The position numbers and the translations under genes were made by a program. A stretch of 64,000 nucleotides of DNA, from assembly GCA_017443235.1 (NCBI GenBank), contig JAFSOV010000007.1, forward strand, positions 4,769 to 68,768. The letters are read 5' to 3'. The DNA is from Alphaproteobacteria bacterium (GTDB lineage: Bacteria > Pseudomonadota > Alphaproteobacteria > Rs-D84). Below the pieces are notes generated by a model, which made no database searches, was not told the origin of the DNA, and worked only from the letters and a program-made list of their open reading frames with translations. Shown here in pieces: positions 56,321 through 64,000 of the stretch (position 1 is its first letter; each line of letters starts with the position of its first letter).

Positions 56321-57487
56321 ATGGATATATCTAATATTTATAATTTGTCAGAAGAACAACTTGTAAAATATCAAAACAATCCATTCCCAGATGATGAAAT
56401 TAGACCGGGTTTGAAGGGTTTTGCTAAAAAATTCAAAGAGGAAATATCCGTTTTGCCGACACCATATGTTATGGCTCTTGAAGGCGGTTATGGAACAGGT
56501 AAAACGTATTTTATTACAAGATTTTGTGAGTATTTGAAAAAAGTAAATTTTGATGGAGATGAATCTATTTTTGCTATTTATTTAAATTTGTGGGAAAGGG
56601 ATTATATAGAAAATCCGTTTCCTGTCATATATTCTCAAATAATATCCGCATTGGAACCTGGTCATGAATTACAAAAATCTATAAGAGATAACGCAGTAAA
56701 AATTACAAAGAATTTGTTAAAATTTGGTGCGAAGGCATTTGGTGGGTTAGATATAAGTGAATTGTTGCCAGATCCAGAACAAGAAAAAGCTGATTTGATA
56801 TCTTTTAAACAATCAATGCAACAAGTAATTGCGGAAAAAGGCACAAAAGTTGTTTTAGTCGTCGATGAGTTGGATAGATGCAAACCTGATTATGCGGTAA
56901 AAGCTCTTGAAACACTAAAACACTTTTTTGATATAGAGGGCTTATTTGTGATATTAACTACAAAACTTGATTTTATGAACAATATATGTGAGGCATATTA
57001 TGGTCATCCCCAGTGCAAGGTTAATATGGGCGAAGGTTATATACAAAAATTTGTTCAATCAACAAAGATTTTAAATCCAACATCTAAAGAGGACTATTGG
57101 TTTATAATAAACAGGATTTTGAATAAGGATACCCTACCGGTCAGAATGCCTAATTATGGACAAGCACTAGAAAGAGACAGCGATGAAAATTTATACGCGA
57201 TTAACGGTTTTCAAAATAATATGGCTGAACTGTTTTGTACAGCTAAATTTTCAATACGTAAAACGATTGATGTTTCCAAAGAATGTTTGAATATTATCAA
57301 AAAGTATAAAGGTAAGATATGGGAACGAATATATGCTGGCTTCCCTGAGTTTATATTGATCAGGTATTTAAAAGCAAAATCTTTGATTCCAGAAAATTTT
57401 CCAGATCCAAAAGTTGGTTGGGACTACAAAACAGACTCTTCAAGAGTAAATAATTTCATCGAGGAAACTTTAAAAACATTACTATAA
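56321..57487 (+). CDS. KAP-family P-loop NTPase (short, no obvious TM insert)
   Basis: 388 aa with Walker A LEGGYGTGKTYF and the Walker B/KAP block VLVVDELDRCKPDYAVKALETLKHFF. Confidence 0.8.
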   Translation: MDISNIYNLSEEQLVKYQNNPFPDDEIRPGLKGFAKKFKEEISVLPTPYVMALEGGYGTGKTYFITRFCEYLKKVNFDGDESIFAIYLNLWERDYIENPFPVIYSQIISALEPGHELQKSIRDNAVKITKNLLKFGAKAFGGLDISELLPDPEQEKADLISFKQSMQQVIAEKGTKVVLVVDELDRCKPDYAVKALETLKHFFDIEGLFVILTTKLDFMNNICEAYYGHPQCKVNMGEGYIQKFVQSTKILNPTSKEDYWFIINRILNKDTLPVRMPNYGQALERDSDENLYAINGFQNNMAELFCTAKFSIRKTIDVSKECLNIIKKYKGKIWERIYAGFPEFILIRYLKAKSLIPENFPDPKVGWDYKTDSSRVNNFIEETLKTLL

Positions 57488-58141
57488 TGTTCTGTCTTCG
57501 ATATTGGTACGTTGGTGTTGGCGTGATAACTCCCATAACGTTTTGCCATTGTACATAAAATCTTTTGCTCCGTCTGGCAACCCTTTAATTCCATTGTTCG
57601 GGTTCGTTTGATCGCGAAATCTTTTTGCGGCAATACTTAATGTTGAACTTTCGCCATTCAAAAAGAAAACTCTCCGCCAATCATTGCCGGTTTTTACCCT
57701 TAATTTTGGCTTTGATACAAATGTCAATATAGTTCCAACGGGAATATTTAACGATTTAAATGTGATAGTTTTACGTTGGTTTTTGATTGCTACTTTTTCT
57801 TCTGGTAAAAACGCATTTTTTATTGGAACTTCGACAGCGCTACCACTTGCAATATGGACAGATAATAAGTTAATTGCATCATCAACGCTCATTTTGAAGA
57901 ACTCACGATTTGGATTGTGTCGTAATTTTGTTAACCCCTTGTGAATCAATTTTTCTATATCTTTATAATTGTTCACGCAAATTGCGAATTTTGCTTCAAA
58001 TGGTTGTGGCATGTTTTCTCCGTGTGACAATTCTTTACGGCGTTTTTCAACATCTTTTGATGTACTGCCTTGGGTCACACCAATTTTCACCAGTTCTGGA
58101 AATAACTCATTCCACATTACATAAATAATTCCACGGTTCAT
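57482..58141 (-). CDS. T5orf172 / GIY-YIG-like domain protein (219 aa)
   Basis: The N-terminus GIIYVMWNELFPELVKIGVTQGS...RRKELS...PFE...NREFF has the T5orf172 (MUG113) pattern. The C-terminal ~100 aa are uncharacterised. It converges on and overlaps the KAP gene by 6 nt. Confidence 0.7.
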   Translation of the reverse strand: MNRGIIYVMWNELFPELVKIGVTQGSTSKDVEKRRKELSHGENMPQPFEAKFAICVNNYKDIEKLIHKGLTKLRHNPNREFFKMSVDDAINLLSVHIASGSAVEVPIKNAFLPEEKVAIKNQRKTITFKSLNIPVGTILTFVSKPKLRVKTGNDWRRVFFLNGESSTLSIAAKRFRDQTNPNNGIKGLPDGAKDFMYNGKTLWELSRQHQRTNIEDRTL

Positions 58142-58158
58142 TTGGTTGCTCCTATATA

Positions 58159-58656
58159 TTACCTTGCATATCTATTCTGGTATTTATTTGTATTATAAAT
58201 TCCTGTTAGACCGCGTGTTTGTGACACTGGCACTAAACTTAAATCATTGCCCCAACCACCACATTGCAGTTCCATAAACGTTCTTCTTCCAGAAATAATA
58301 TTCACATCATCACCAACTCTACTTTCTGTTGGTAGAGCAGCTCCTGCATAATAAACCGAACTTTTTGCGTTGCCTGATATATTATGATTACCAGGCGTTA
58401 AATTTACACAAAAGTACTCATTGCCTGTACGGATATCGCCGATTGTGCGTTCATAGTTATCAATAAAAGTGAATTTTAGTCCTTTATCACAAGTGTAAGC
58501 ATCGCCAACACGTGATATACATAATTGTCCCTGTCCGTAATTCATAGGTGGCAATTTTGTTGCCACAGCATGTGTTTCAGAAACAGACAATTCCTGTATT
58601 GATGTAACACAAGCAGCTAAACTGCAAACTAACCCCAAAATTATAAAATTTTTCAT
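58159..58656 (-). CDS. Lipoprotein (165 aa), possibly DUF2846-like
   Basis: The lipobox is LVCSLAAC. The pattern FIDNYERTIGDIRTGNEYFCVNLTPGNHNISG resembles DUF2846 (from memory, weak). Confidence 0.65.
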   Translation of the reverse strand: MKNFIILGLVCSLAACVTSIQELSVSETHAVATKLPPMNYGQGQLCISRVGDAYTCDKGLKFTFIDNYERTIGDIRTGNEYFCVNLTPGNHNISGNAKSSVYYAGAALPTESRVGDDVNIISGRRTFMELQCGGWGNDLSLVPVSQTRGLTGIYNTNKYQNRYAR

Positions 58657-58680
58657 CGCGCTCTCCTTTTTTTGGTATTA

Positions 58681-58710
58681 ATTAAAAACCGCTATCATCA
58701 AGAGAGCGGT
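58681..58710 (-). terminator. Rho-independent terminator downstream of terL
   Basis: The stem accgct/agcggt is followed by a T-run on the minus strand. Confidence 0.65.
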
Positions 58711-58898
58711 TGGAGGTTAGTTACTACCAAATGAATAGTGTGGCTTATTTGGCAAATGCCTTATTCACCGACCCTCCAACCATAAGGCTGCAGGGCTATT
58801 AACGTCAGCGCTGACGCATTTGGAGAGGTAACTACACCCCAACATCGGGATCCCCGACATCAGTCCTATTTTACAATAAACATGTTGTTTTATCAAGT

Positions 58899-60347
58899 TT
58901 ATACGATAAATAAGTGTGGGGTTGGTTGCGCAATTATTTTGGTGCAGTATAGAACACCCTGTGCAAAGGCATCGCATTGGTCTTTGAATGCGGAATTTGG
59001 GAACAGCAACAATTCTTTTTCAAAATTATCCCAAAAATGGTTGTGGATTGATGGAAATAATACCGTTCCACGATAAACATATGCTGATGCACCATTCATA
59101 CGCGCAACTTTGTCTTCGTCTGGATGAACGGCTTGAATATACGTGCTACGGATACCATTTTCTGGCAAAAATTGAATAAGTTGAGTACCCGACGAAGCAT
59201 CCTCTATAACAACTTTATGTTGTGCTCTTGGATATGCTGAACATAAATAATCAAATTTAGATTTTACCATATTTGCCAAGTGCGGAAATTCAAGTTTATC
59301 GCGATAAATGTCCAACAGATAAATATGTTTGTCTGCAGAAATTCCGAACGTTATGCATGCAGAATATGCGTTTGTCGAGCCTGTTTTTGATGCGGTGTCC
59401 CAAGATGTAATTATATGCGTAAAGTTTTCGGGTATTGCCGTATAATATTGCATCCATTCAGATTTGATTATGCAACCTTCCTGGGGCGCAGGTAATTGTT
59501 GATATTGTCCAGCGAACACCAATTCACCGACACTGTTTTTGATGCGCATAACGGTTTCAATGGATTCACGTTCCGGATGTAGTGGTGTCCCAATCGTTCG
59601 CTTAAAAACACGATTTGATTGTGTGAAGTGTATTTGTTCATCCGTGTCCGCAATAATCGGCAATCGCAGGAGTTGAAAATCATCACTATTTTCTAACAGG
59701 TGTCCAGTCAGGTCATCTTGATGCAATCGCTGCATAATTAATAAAATGCGACCGGTGTTTTTATCATTTAACCGCGAAAATAACGTTGTATGATACCAAT
59801 CATTCACTCGATTTCGTATAATTTCTGAATTTGCATCAACAGGTTTTATCGGGTCGTCAATAATTATCCATTCTGCACCACGTCCAGTTAAAACACCACC
59901 AACAGATGTCGCAAAACGTCCACCATGGACGGTTGTTTCAAAATCATCTTTGGCGAATTGTTGCTTGGAAATTCGTGTTTGTGGAAACACGTGTTTATAC
60001 CAATCTGTTGTCATAACCGTTCTGGTATCATTTGCGAATTTAGTTGCCAGGTCATCAGAATAACTTACACATATTATGTGTGAACGCGGATTGTGCCCCA
60101 GTATAAACGCTGATAAAGCAACCGAACAAATGATGGATTTCATATATCGTGGCGGTATATTGATAATCAGGCGGTTTTTATTGCCATTAATAACATTAAC
60201 GATATAATCGCAAACCAGGTCGATATATTCTCCGTCTATGTATCCGCCGCCACCAGATATTTCATTGAACACTTTAATAACGAACGATTTAAAATCTGTT
60301 CGTAATAACGAATAAAACACATCTAATTCAGTAATATTATTGTCCAT
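58899..60347 (-). CDS. Phage terminase large subunit-like protein
   Basis: 482 aa with an ATPase N-domain (LIINIPPRYMKSI Walker-A-like, IIIDDPIKP Walker B) and a nuclease C-domain. It is preceded by a DUF5681-type small gene, as in alphaproteobacterial prophages and GTA-like clusters. Confidence 0.75.
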   Translation of the reverse strand: MDNNITELDVFYSLLRTDFKSFVIKVFNEISGGGGYIDGEYIDLVCDYIVNVINGNKNRLIINIPPRYMKSIICSVALSAFILGHNPRSHIICVSYSDDLATKFANDTRTVMTTDWYKHVFPQTRISKQQFAKDDFETTVHGGRFATSVGGVLTGRGAEWIIIDDPIKPVDANSEIIRNRVNDWYHTTLFSRLNDKNTGRILLIMQRLHQDDLTGHLLENSDDFQLLRLPIIADTDEQIHFTQSNRVFKRTIGTPLHPERESIETVMRIKNSVGELVFAGQYQQLPAPQEGCIIKSEWMQYYTAIPENFTHIITSWDTASKTGSTNAYSACITFGISADKHIYLLDIYRDKLEFPHLANMVKSKFDYLCSAYPRAQHKVVIEDASSGTQLIQFLPENGIRSTYIQAVHPDEDKVARMNGASAYVYRGTVLFPSIHNHFWDNFEKELLLFPNSAFKDQCDAFAQGVLYCTKIIAQPTPHLFIV

Positions 60348-60711
60348 TGTGCGATTTGACGTATTGTTGCAATATTAGTTTGTCGTCGTGATTCAGGTGT
60401 TCGCGTGCCGCGGACATGGCTTCGTATTCCGCATCTGCGACATCGCTTAATTCCATTATCCACTTTGCAGAATTCAGGTCGCCTTGTAGAGCTTTGTTGG
60501 TTTGTTTTGCGATAATGCCTTCTTTGGTACTAATACGACGACTATTGCCATCCGGACTCGTCAAAGTTATTTTGCGGTTCATTTGCTCACGCACAATCGT
60601 ATTGCGATTACGAACACCACGTGGGCGACCACGTGGATTGCCCGATTGTCCCTTTTGATATTGGTGTTCTTTTGGCGGGACACAAAACCCGCATTTTTGT
60701 TCATTAGGCAT
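60337..60711 (-). CDS. DUF5681-family protein (putative small terminase-like)
   Basis: It contains PPKEHQYQKGQSGNPRGRPRG, the hallmark GNP.GRP.G block. I trimmed the start to MPNEQK. It overlaps the terL start. Confidence 0.65.
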   Translation of the reverse strand: MPNEQKCGFCVPPKEHQYQKGQSGNPRGRPRGVRNRNTIVREQMNRKITLTSPDGNSRRISTKEGIIAKQTNKALQGDLNSAKWIMELSDVADAEYEAMSAAREHLNHDDKLILQQYVKSHNGQ

Positions 60712-62032
60712 TTTGCACCTCCTTAGCTGCATGTTTTTCCACCAACAAATCCGTATATGTTTTACCAGTACGCAGATTTATCGCATCAATACCGAATGCC
60801 TCGTAAAAACGTTTTACACAGGTATCGACATATTTCGGTTCGTATTCAATTCCATAACAAATGCGTTTATGCCGTTGCGCCGCGATAAATGTGCTGCCAG
60901 ACCCCAAGAAACAATCCAAGACGGCATCGCCAATACTTGTTACGTCCAACATAATATCGCTTAACATCTCGAAACTTTTAACGGTTGGATGCATTTTCAA
61001 ATCATTGCGGTGCGGTCCATACGAATTACATCCATAGTAATGCCAAACATTACTGCGATTGCGTCCGTATTTGCCTAATTGAATATGGTCGGGAACCTTG
61101 CCATCTTTGTTCAAGAATACAGTGCATAACTCATGCTGACTTCGGTAAGGCGTTCCCATGCCAGCCTTGTTTTTAACCCACACGCACAGGTTGATATATC
61201 GTGCAAAATTTTGTTTGCAGGCGGTCAGCATAGGCATAACGTTTCGCCAATCTATGAAATTAAAAATCATGGCATTGTCATTGGCAAATTCTGAACAAAG
61301 CGCAAAGTTTTTACCAAGAAATTCCGTATATTCGGAATCTGACATTTCCCCGGCAGCCATTGCAAAGTCTGGATGTTTAACACTGCCGTTGCCAGACACA
61401 AATCCTTTGATTTTTATATTAAACGGCGGATCTTGCAAAACCAGATTTACCCGTTTGTTACCAAGCAGTTTCGCAAAAGTATCACGATCTGTGCTGTCGC
61501 CACAAATAATTCTGTGACCGCCGTCAAATTCCCAAATATCGTCAGGGACTGTGATTATCTCATCATCCGCCACATATGGCACCGCATCCAGTTTTTTGAC
61601 TTCGGCCTTTGTACGCGGTTCTGCCAAGATTTGATCGATTTCAATGTCATTAAATCCGGTAATTGTTATGTCTGAAACATCTTCCAGTTCGCATAATTCG
61701 CTGATTTCTATATTCAAAATATCCGCATTCCATCCGCCACCATTTTCAGATATTCGATTGTCGGCAATCCGCAACTTGCGTTTTTGGACATTGGTCAAAT
61801 GTCCAATACGTATCACAGGCACTTGTGGCAGATTTAATACCTTGGCTGCCTCAAATCGTCCGTGTCCGGCGATGATTTCACCATTTTCATCAATCAAGAT
61901 TGGATTCACAAAACCGAACTGATGAATGGAATCAGCAATTTGACTAATCTGGTCTGGACTGTGAATTTTTGCGTTATTTTTATAAGGTTTTAATTGTTCA
62001 ACGTTTACGGTTTCGATTTTTAATTCTGTCAT
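60704..62032 (-). CDS. ParB-like nuclease domain fused to a DNA (N6-adenine/N4-cytosine) methyltransferase
   Basis: The ParB-N block is LKPYKNNAKIHS...ILIDENGEIIAGHGRFEAAK. The catalytic motif is LVLQDPPFN (DPPF). The SAM motif is VLDCFLGSGSTFIAA, giving beta-class order. Confidence 0.85.
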   Translation of the reverse strand: MTELKIETVNVEQLKPYKNNAKIHSPDQISQIADSIHQFGFVNPILIDENGEIIAGHGRFEAAKVLNLPQVPVIRIGHLTNVQKRKLRIADNRISENGGGWNADILNIEISELCELEDVSDITITGFNDIEIDQILAEPRTKAEVKKLDAVPYVADDEIITVPDDIWEFDGGHRIICGDSTDRDTFAKLLGNKRVNLVLQDPPFNIKIKGFVSGNGSVKHPDFAMAAGEMSDSEYTEFLGKNFALCSEFANDNAMIFNFIDWRNVMPMLTACKQNFARYINLCVWVKNKAGMGTPYRSQHELCTVFLNKDGKVPDHIQLGKYGRNRSNVWHYYGCNSYGPHRNDLKMHPTVKSFEMLSDIMLDVTSIGDAVLDCFLGSGSTFIAAQRHKRICYGIEYEPKYVDTCVKRFYEAFGIDAINLRTGKTYTDLLVEKHAAKEVQNA

Positions 62033-62101
62033 TGCATATACCTTTGGTTAATTCACAACGAATATATGCGGACAGAATCAGGGTTGCAATAACTCGTTTC
62101 T

Positions 62102-62827
62102 CTAAGCGCGCTTACCGGGTAAATGATTTATGGAAAATTCATAAATCCAGTTCGTAATTGTTTTATCACATGGGGTGATGCCACCTTTTTTGTTCGGTTT
62201 TTGCAGTGATTCGCCATATATCTCAAAGTATACATCTTTGATTTTTTGGATCGTGTCCGCTAAATGCGTTTGGGTATTGCTCGGTCTGATATTATATTCT
62301 GGTGATTGAATTATTGCTTTGCATCGTGCTTGCCTGGTACTGCGTTTTTCACCGCCGGTTTTAGCGTTCTTACCGTTAATACACACTGTTGATAAATCGT
62401 CGGTAATTCCGCGTAATGTATCAGTGCGCATAAACAGCAATCTTATGTCCTTGGGTAATTTTAATTGGTCGGGGGCGGTCATTTGTTGCCATATCTGGTC
62501 AATCAAAATAAAGACTTCGCCAATAAGGAACAGTTTATTTTCTTTACTTGATTTGACGCCTGCGGTTCGCCACAGTTCTTTTTCGTAATTAGGTTGAATA
62601 TATAATTTTCGATTTCCATGGGTTAAAAAGCCGACTAAATCACAGCCATATTTTTGGGCGATATTTGCCATCAAATCATGAATATTTGCGGTTAAAACAT
62701 CATATTGTTTATGTTTTAATTTTTCAGAAATATCTGGGCGTATAATTCCCCAAGCGGTGAGCGCAATGCTTAAGTGGGCTTGAAATAAAGATTGGAATTT
62801 AAAATTATCAGTAAAAAAATCGGTCAT
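62102..62827 (-). CDS. Hypothetical protein (241 aa)
   Basis: Coding-looking ORF co-directional with the methylase gene. I recognised no motif. Confidence 0.5.
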   Translation of the reverse strand: MTDFFTDNFKFQSLFQAHLSIALTAWGIIRPDISEKLKHKQYDVLTANIHDLMANIAQKYGCDLVGFLTHGNRKLYIQPNYEKELWRTAGVKSSKENKLFLIGEVFILIDQIWQQMTAPDQLKLPKDIRLLFMRTDTLRGITDDLSTVCINGKNAKTGGEKRSTRQARCKAIIQSPEYNIRPSNTQTHLADTIQKIKDVYFEIYGESLQKPNKKGGITPCDKTITNWIYEFSINHLPGKRA

Positions 62828-63210
62828 CTAAATCTCCTTAATTTTATGCCAAATGTTACCTGACGGAACACATGAAATACAGTAAAAACGACAATTGCGT
62901 AAAATCAAAGGGTTGTCCGCCAAAAATCGCTGATATTTAAAATATTTTCCCTGTTATTTTTGTGATCATTCTCTGATGATATGCAGAAAAACCGGTGTTT
63001 TCACAAAATTTGTGCAAAAATCACTATAACAAAATCCCTGCAAATCCCTGTTATCTTGTATGTGAAAAACCGTACTAATTTACAACTCCACCAAAAGATA
63101 CACCGCACCATTAAAGTGCGGTTTTCTTTTAGATTTCCAATACTTTTAATGGTTTGAAGAAAGCATATCCAAAAAACACCGTTTTTTACCAATCTTCGAA
63201 CAAATTTATA

Positions 63211-63238
63211 AAAAAGGTTAGAAAACTAACCTTTTTTA
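63211..63238 (-). terminator. Rho-independent terminator after the ART-like ORF
   Basis: aaaaaggttagaaaactaacctttttt: a 7-bp stem flanked by A/T runs, 16 nt past the stop at 63254. Confidence 0.75.
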
Positions 63239-63253
63239 TCTGTCTACCCTATT

Positions 63254-63925
63254 TTAATCATTTTTTTGATGAAATAATTTATGAAACATTGTGGAGGCCC
63301 TGTTTTTAGATTGTTGCTCTATCATACTTGCTATATCAACACGATGATACCTTTTGTTTTCAATCGCATCATTAAATTCTTTTTGAACATTGAAATTATG
63401 TCCTAACCCTTTATCTACTTTGGTTTTTAACGGCTCATCTAAAACATATACTTCGTAACCCAGTTTTCTTATCTCTTCTGCCGTATCACATTTTTCAGAT
63501 TCTGCTATTTTTATTGGTTGTGTAGAGTAATATTCTGTTCCTTTATCGTGTATAAACGGATTTTCTTCCGTTTCATATGCTGTGTATATATAAAAATAAG
63601 ATTTTATATTTTCTTGCAATTGTTCAAGATATAAAACATTGCCATGTTTTTTACCCATTCCCTTGCCAATGCAATGATGAATTGCAAAATATTTAGCATG
63701 ATTTATATCAGATGTTACAAAAGCACCAGAAACAACACCATCTTGTACACTATTAAAAGCCTCTCTTGGCCTTAGATACTCACCATGTATTTCTCTATCA
63801 GAACCATGATAATACTTATGTGGTGTTAAACTTGTTGTCGCCTGATTAAATATATCTACTTTATCCATAACAAACCTTTTTAGTAATTGTATCATATTCT
63901 GAAAATTAATCAAATTTTTCACCAT
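63254..63925 (-). CDS. Hypothetical protein with H-Y-E ADP-ribosyltransferase-like motifs (223 aa or shorter)
   Basis: It contains KYYHGSD, SGAFVTSDINHAKYFA and GTEYYS, which resemble the YHG[ST] / [FY]xT[SD] / EY triad layout of diphtheria-toxin/PARP-type ARTs. The true start may be an internal Met (MDKVDIF). Confidence 0.5.
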   Translation of the reverse strand: MVKNLINFQNMIQLLKRFVMDKVDIFNQATTSLTPHKYYHGSDREIHGEYLRPREAFNSVQDGVVSGAFVTSDINHAKYFAIHHCIGKGMGKKHGNVLYLEQLQENIKSYFYIYTAYETEENPFIHDKGTEYYSTQPIKIAESEKCDTAEEIRKLGYEVYVLDEPLKTKVDKGLGHNFNVQKEFNDAIENKRYHRVDIASMIEQQSKNRASTMFHKLFHQKND

Positions 63926-64000
63926 CGGGTGAAATTAACCATTTTTCTTTAAACTCTTTTATCCGTTGCATTAAATCAGCAAATTCTTGTTTGTTTTCTG
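63906..64000 (-). CDS. 3' end of an unidentified gene (runs off window end)
   Basis: My translation of the minus strand reads ...ENKQEFADLMQRIKEFKEKWLISPDGEKFD*. Its stop overlaps the annotated start of the next ORF. Confidence 0.4.
   Translation of the reverse strand, partial: ENKQEFADLMQRIKEFKEKWLISPDGEKFD

Larger units (their letters stand above)
50923..64000. mobile_element. Putative integrated element / degraded prophage (extends past window end)
   Basis: It starts right after the tRNA-Tyr terminator and is visibly AT-richer than the core genes. It contains DUF2924 plus a large serine recombinase, TerL, a DUF5681 protein, a ParB-methylase, a TA pair and other defence-type genes. Confidence 0.55.

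Noticed and set aside
58765-59076. Small ORFs (70 aa minus-strand, 64 aa plus-strand) at the terL 3' end
   Set aside because: They lie in the hairpin-rich spacer or antisense to terL, with no SD. The structure is better explained as RNA or DNA signals.

Overview
This 64-kb chromosomal window looks alphaproteobacterial and probably host-associated (Rickettsiales/Holosporales-like). That placement is an inference from three things: the tRNA-Trp-secE-nusG-rplKAJL-rpoBC block, scattered VirB-type T4SS genes with five VirB6-like paralogues, and a secreted EGF-like Cys-rich protein.

Core content: rpoC (partial), rpoB, rplL/J/A/K, nusG, secE, a virB8-virB9-virB10 operon, yidC, lspA, a CPA2 antiporter, rsmA, recR, a DD-carboxypeptidase with a SPOR tail, a GNAT gene, gyrA plus a MerR-type gene, rpmH, a fragmented dcw block (PBP1A-mliC-mraY-ftsW-murG, no murD), a degenerate IMPase-like gene, rpmE, the VirB6-like array, uvrD and dnaQ. 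tRNAs found: Trp, Glu, Gly, Tyr. I saw no rRNA, CRISPR array or transposase.

Accessory content:
1. A 3.3-kb visibly AT-rich insertion lies next to tRNA-Glu, bounded by perfect 35-bp direct repeats. It carries a GIY-YIG ORF and an SF2 helicase with five tandem 74-aa repeats.
2. A small serine recombinase is flanked by inverted paralogous HTH genes.
3. An AT-rich integrated element runs from tRNA-Tyr to the window end. It contains a small-ORF plus caspase/legumain-like (C13-like) operon, DUF2924 plus a large serine recombinase, a membrane protein-HigB-HigA-KAP NTPase cassette, T5orf172, a lipoprotein, TerL/DUF5681/ParB-methylase, and an ART-like ORF.
4. A family of TTAGTGG-unit palindromic repeats occurs at three gene ends.

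The best candidates for an undescribed system are the repeat-bearing helicase/GIY-YIG cassette, the ORF80/C13-like operon and the membrane-HigBA-KAP cassette. All family names come from motif recognition by eye and no searches were run. Coordinates read off the printed sequence may be off by 1 nt in homopolymer runs.
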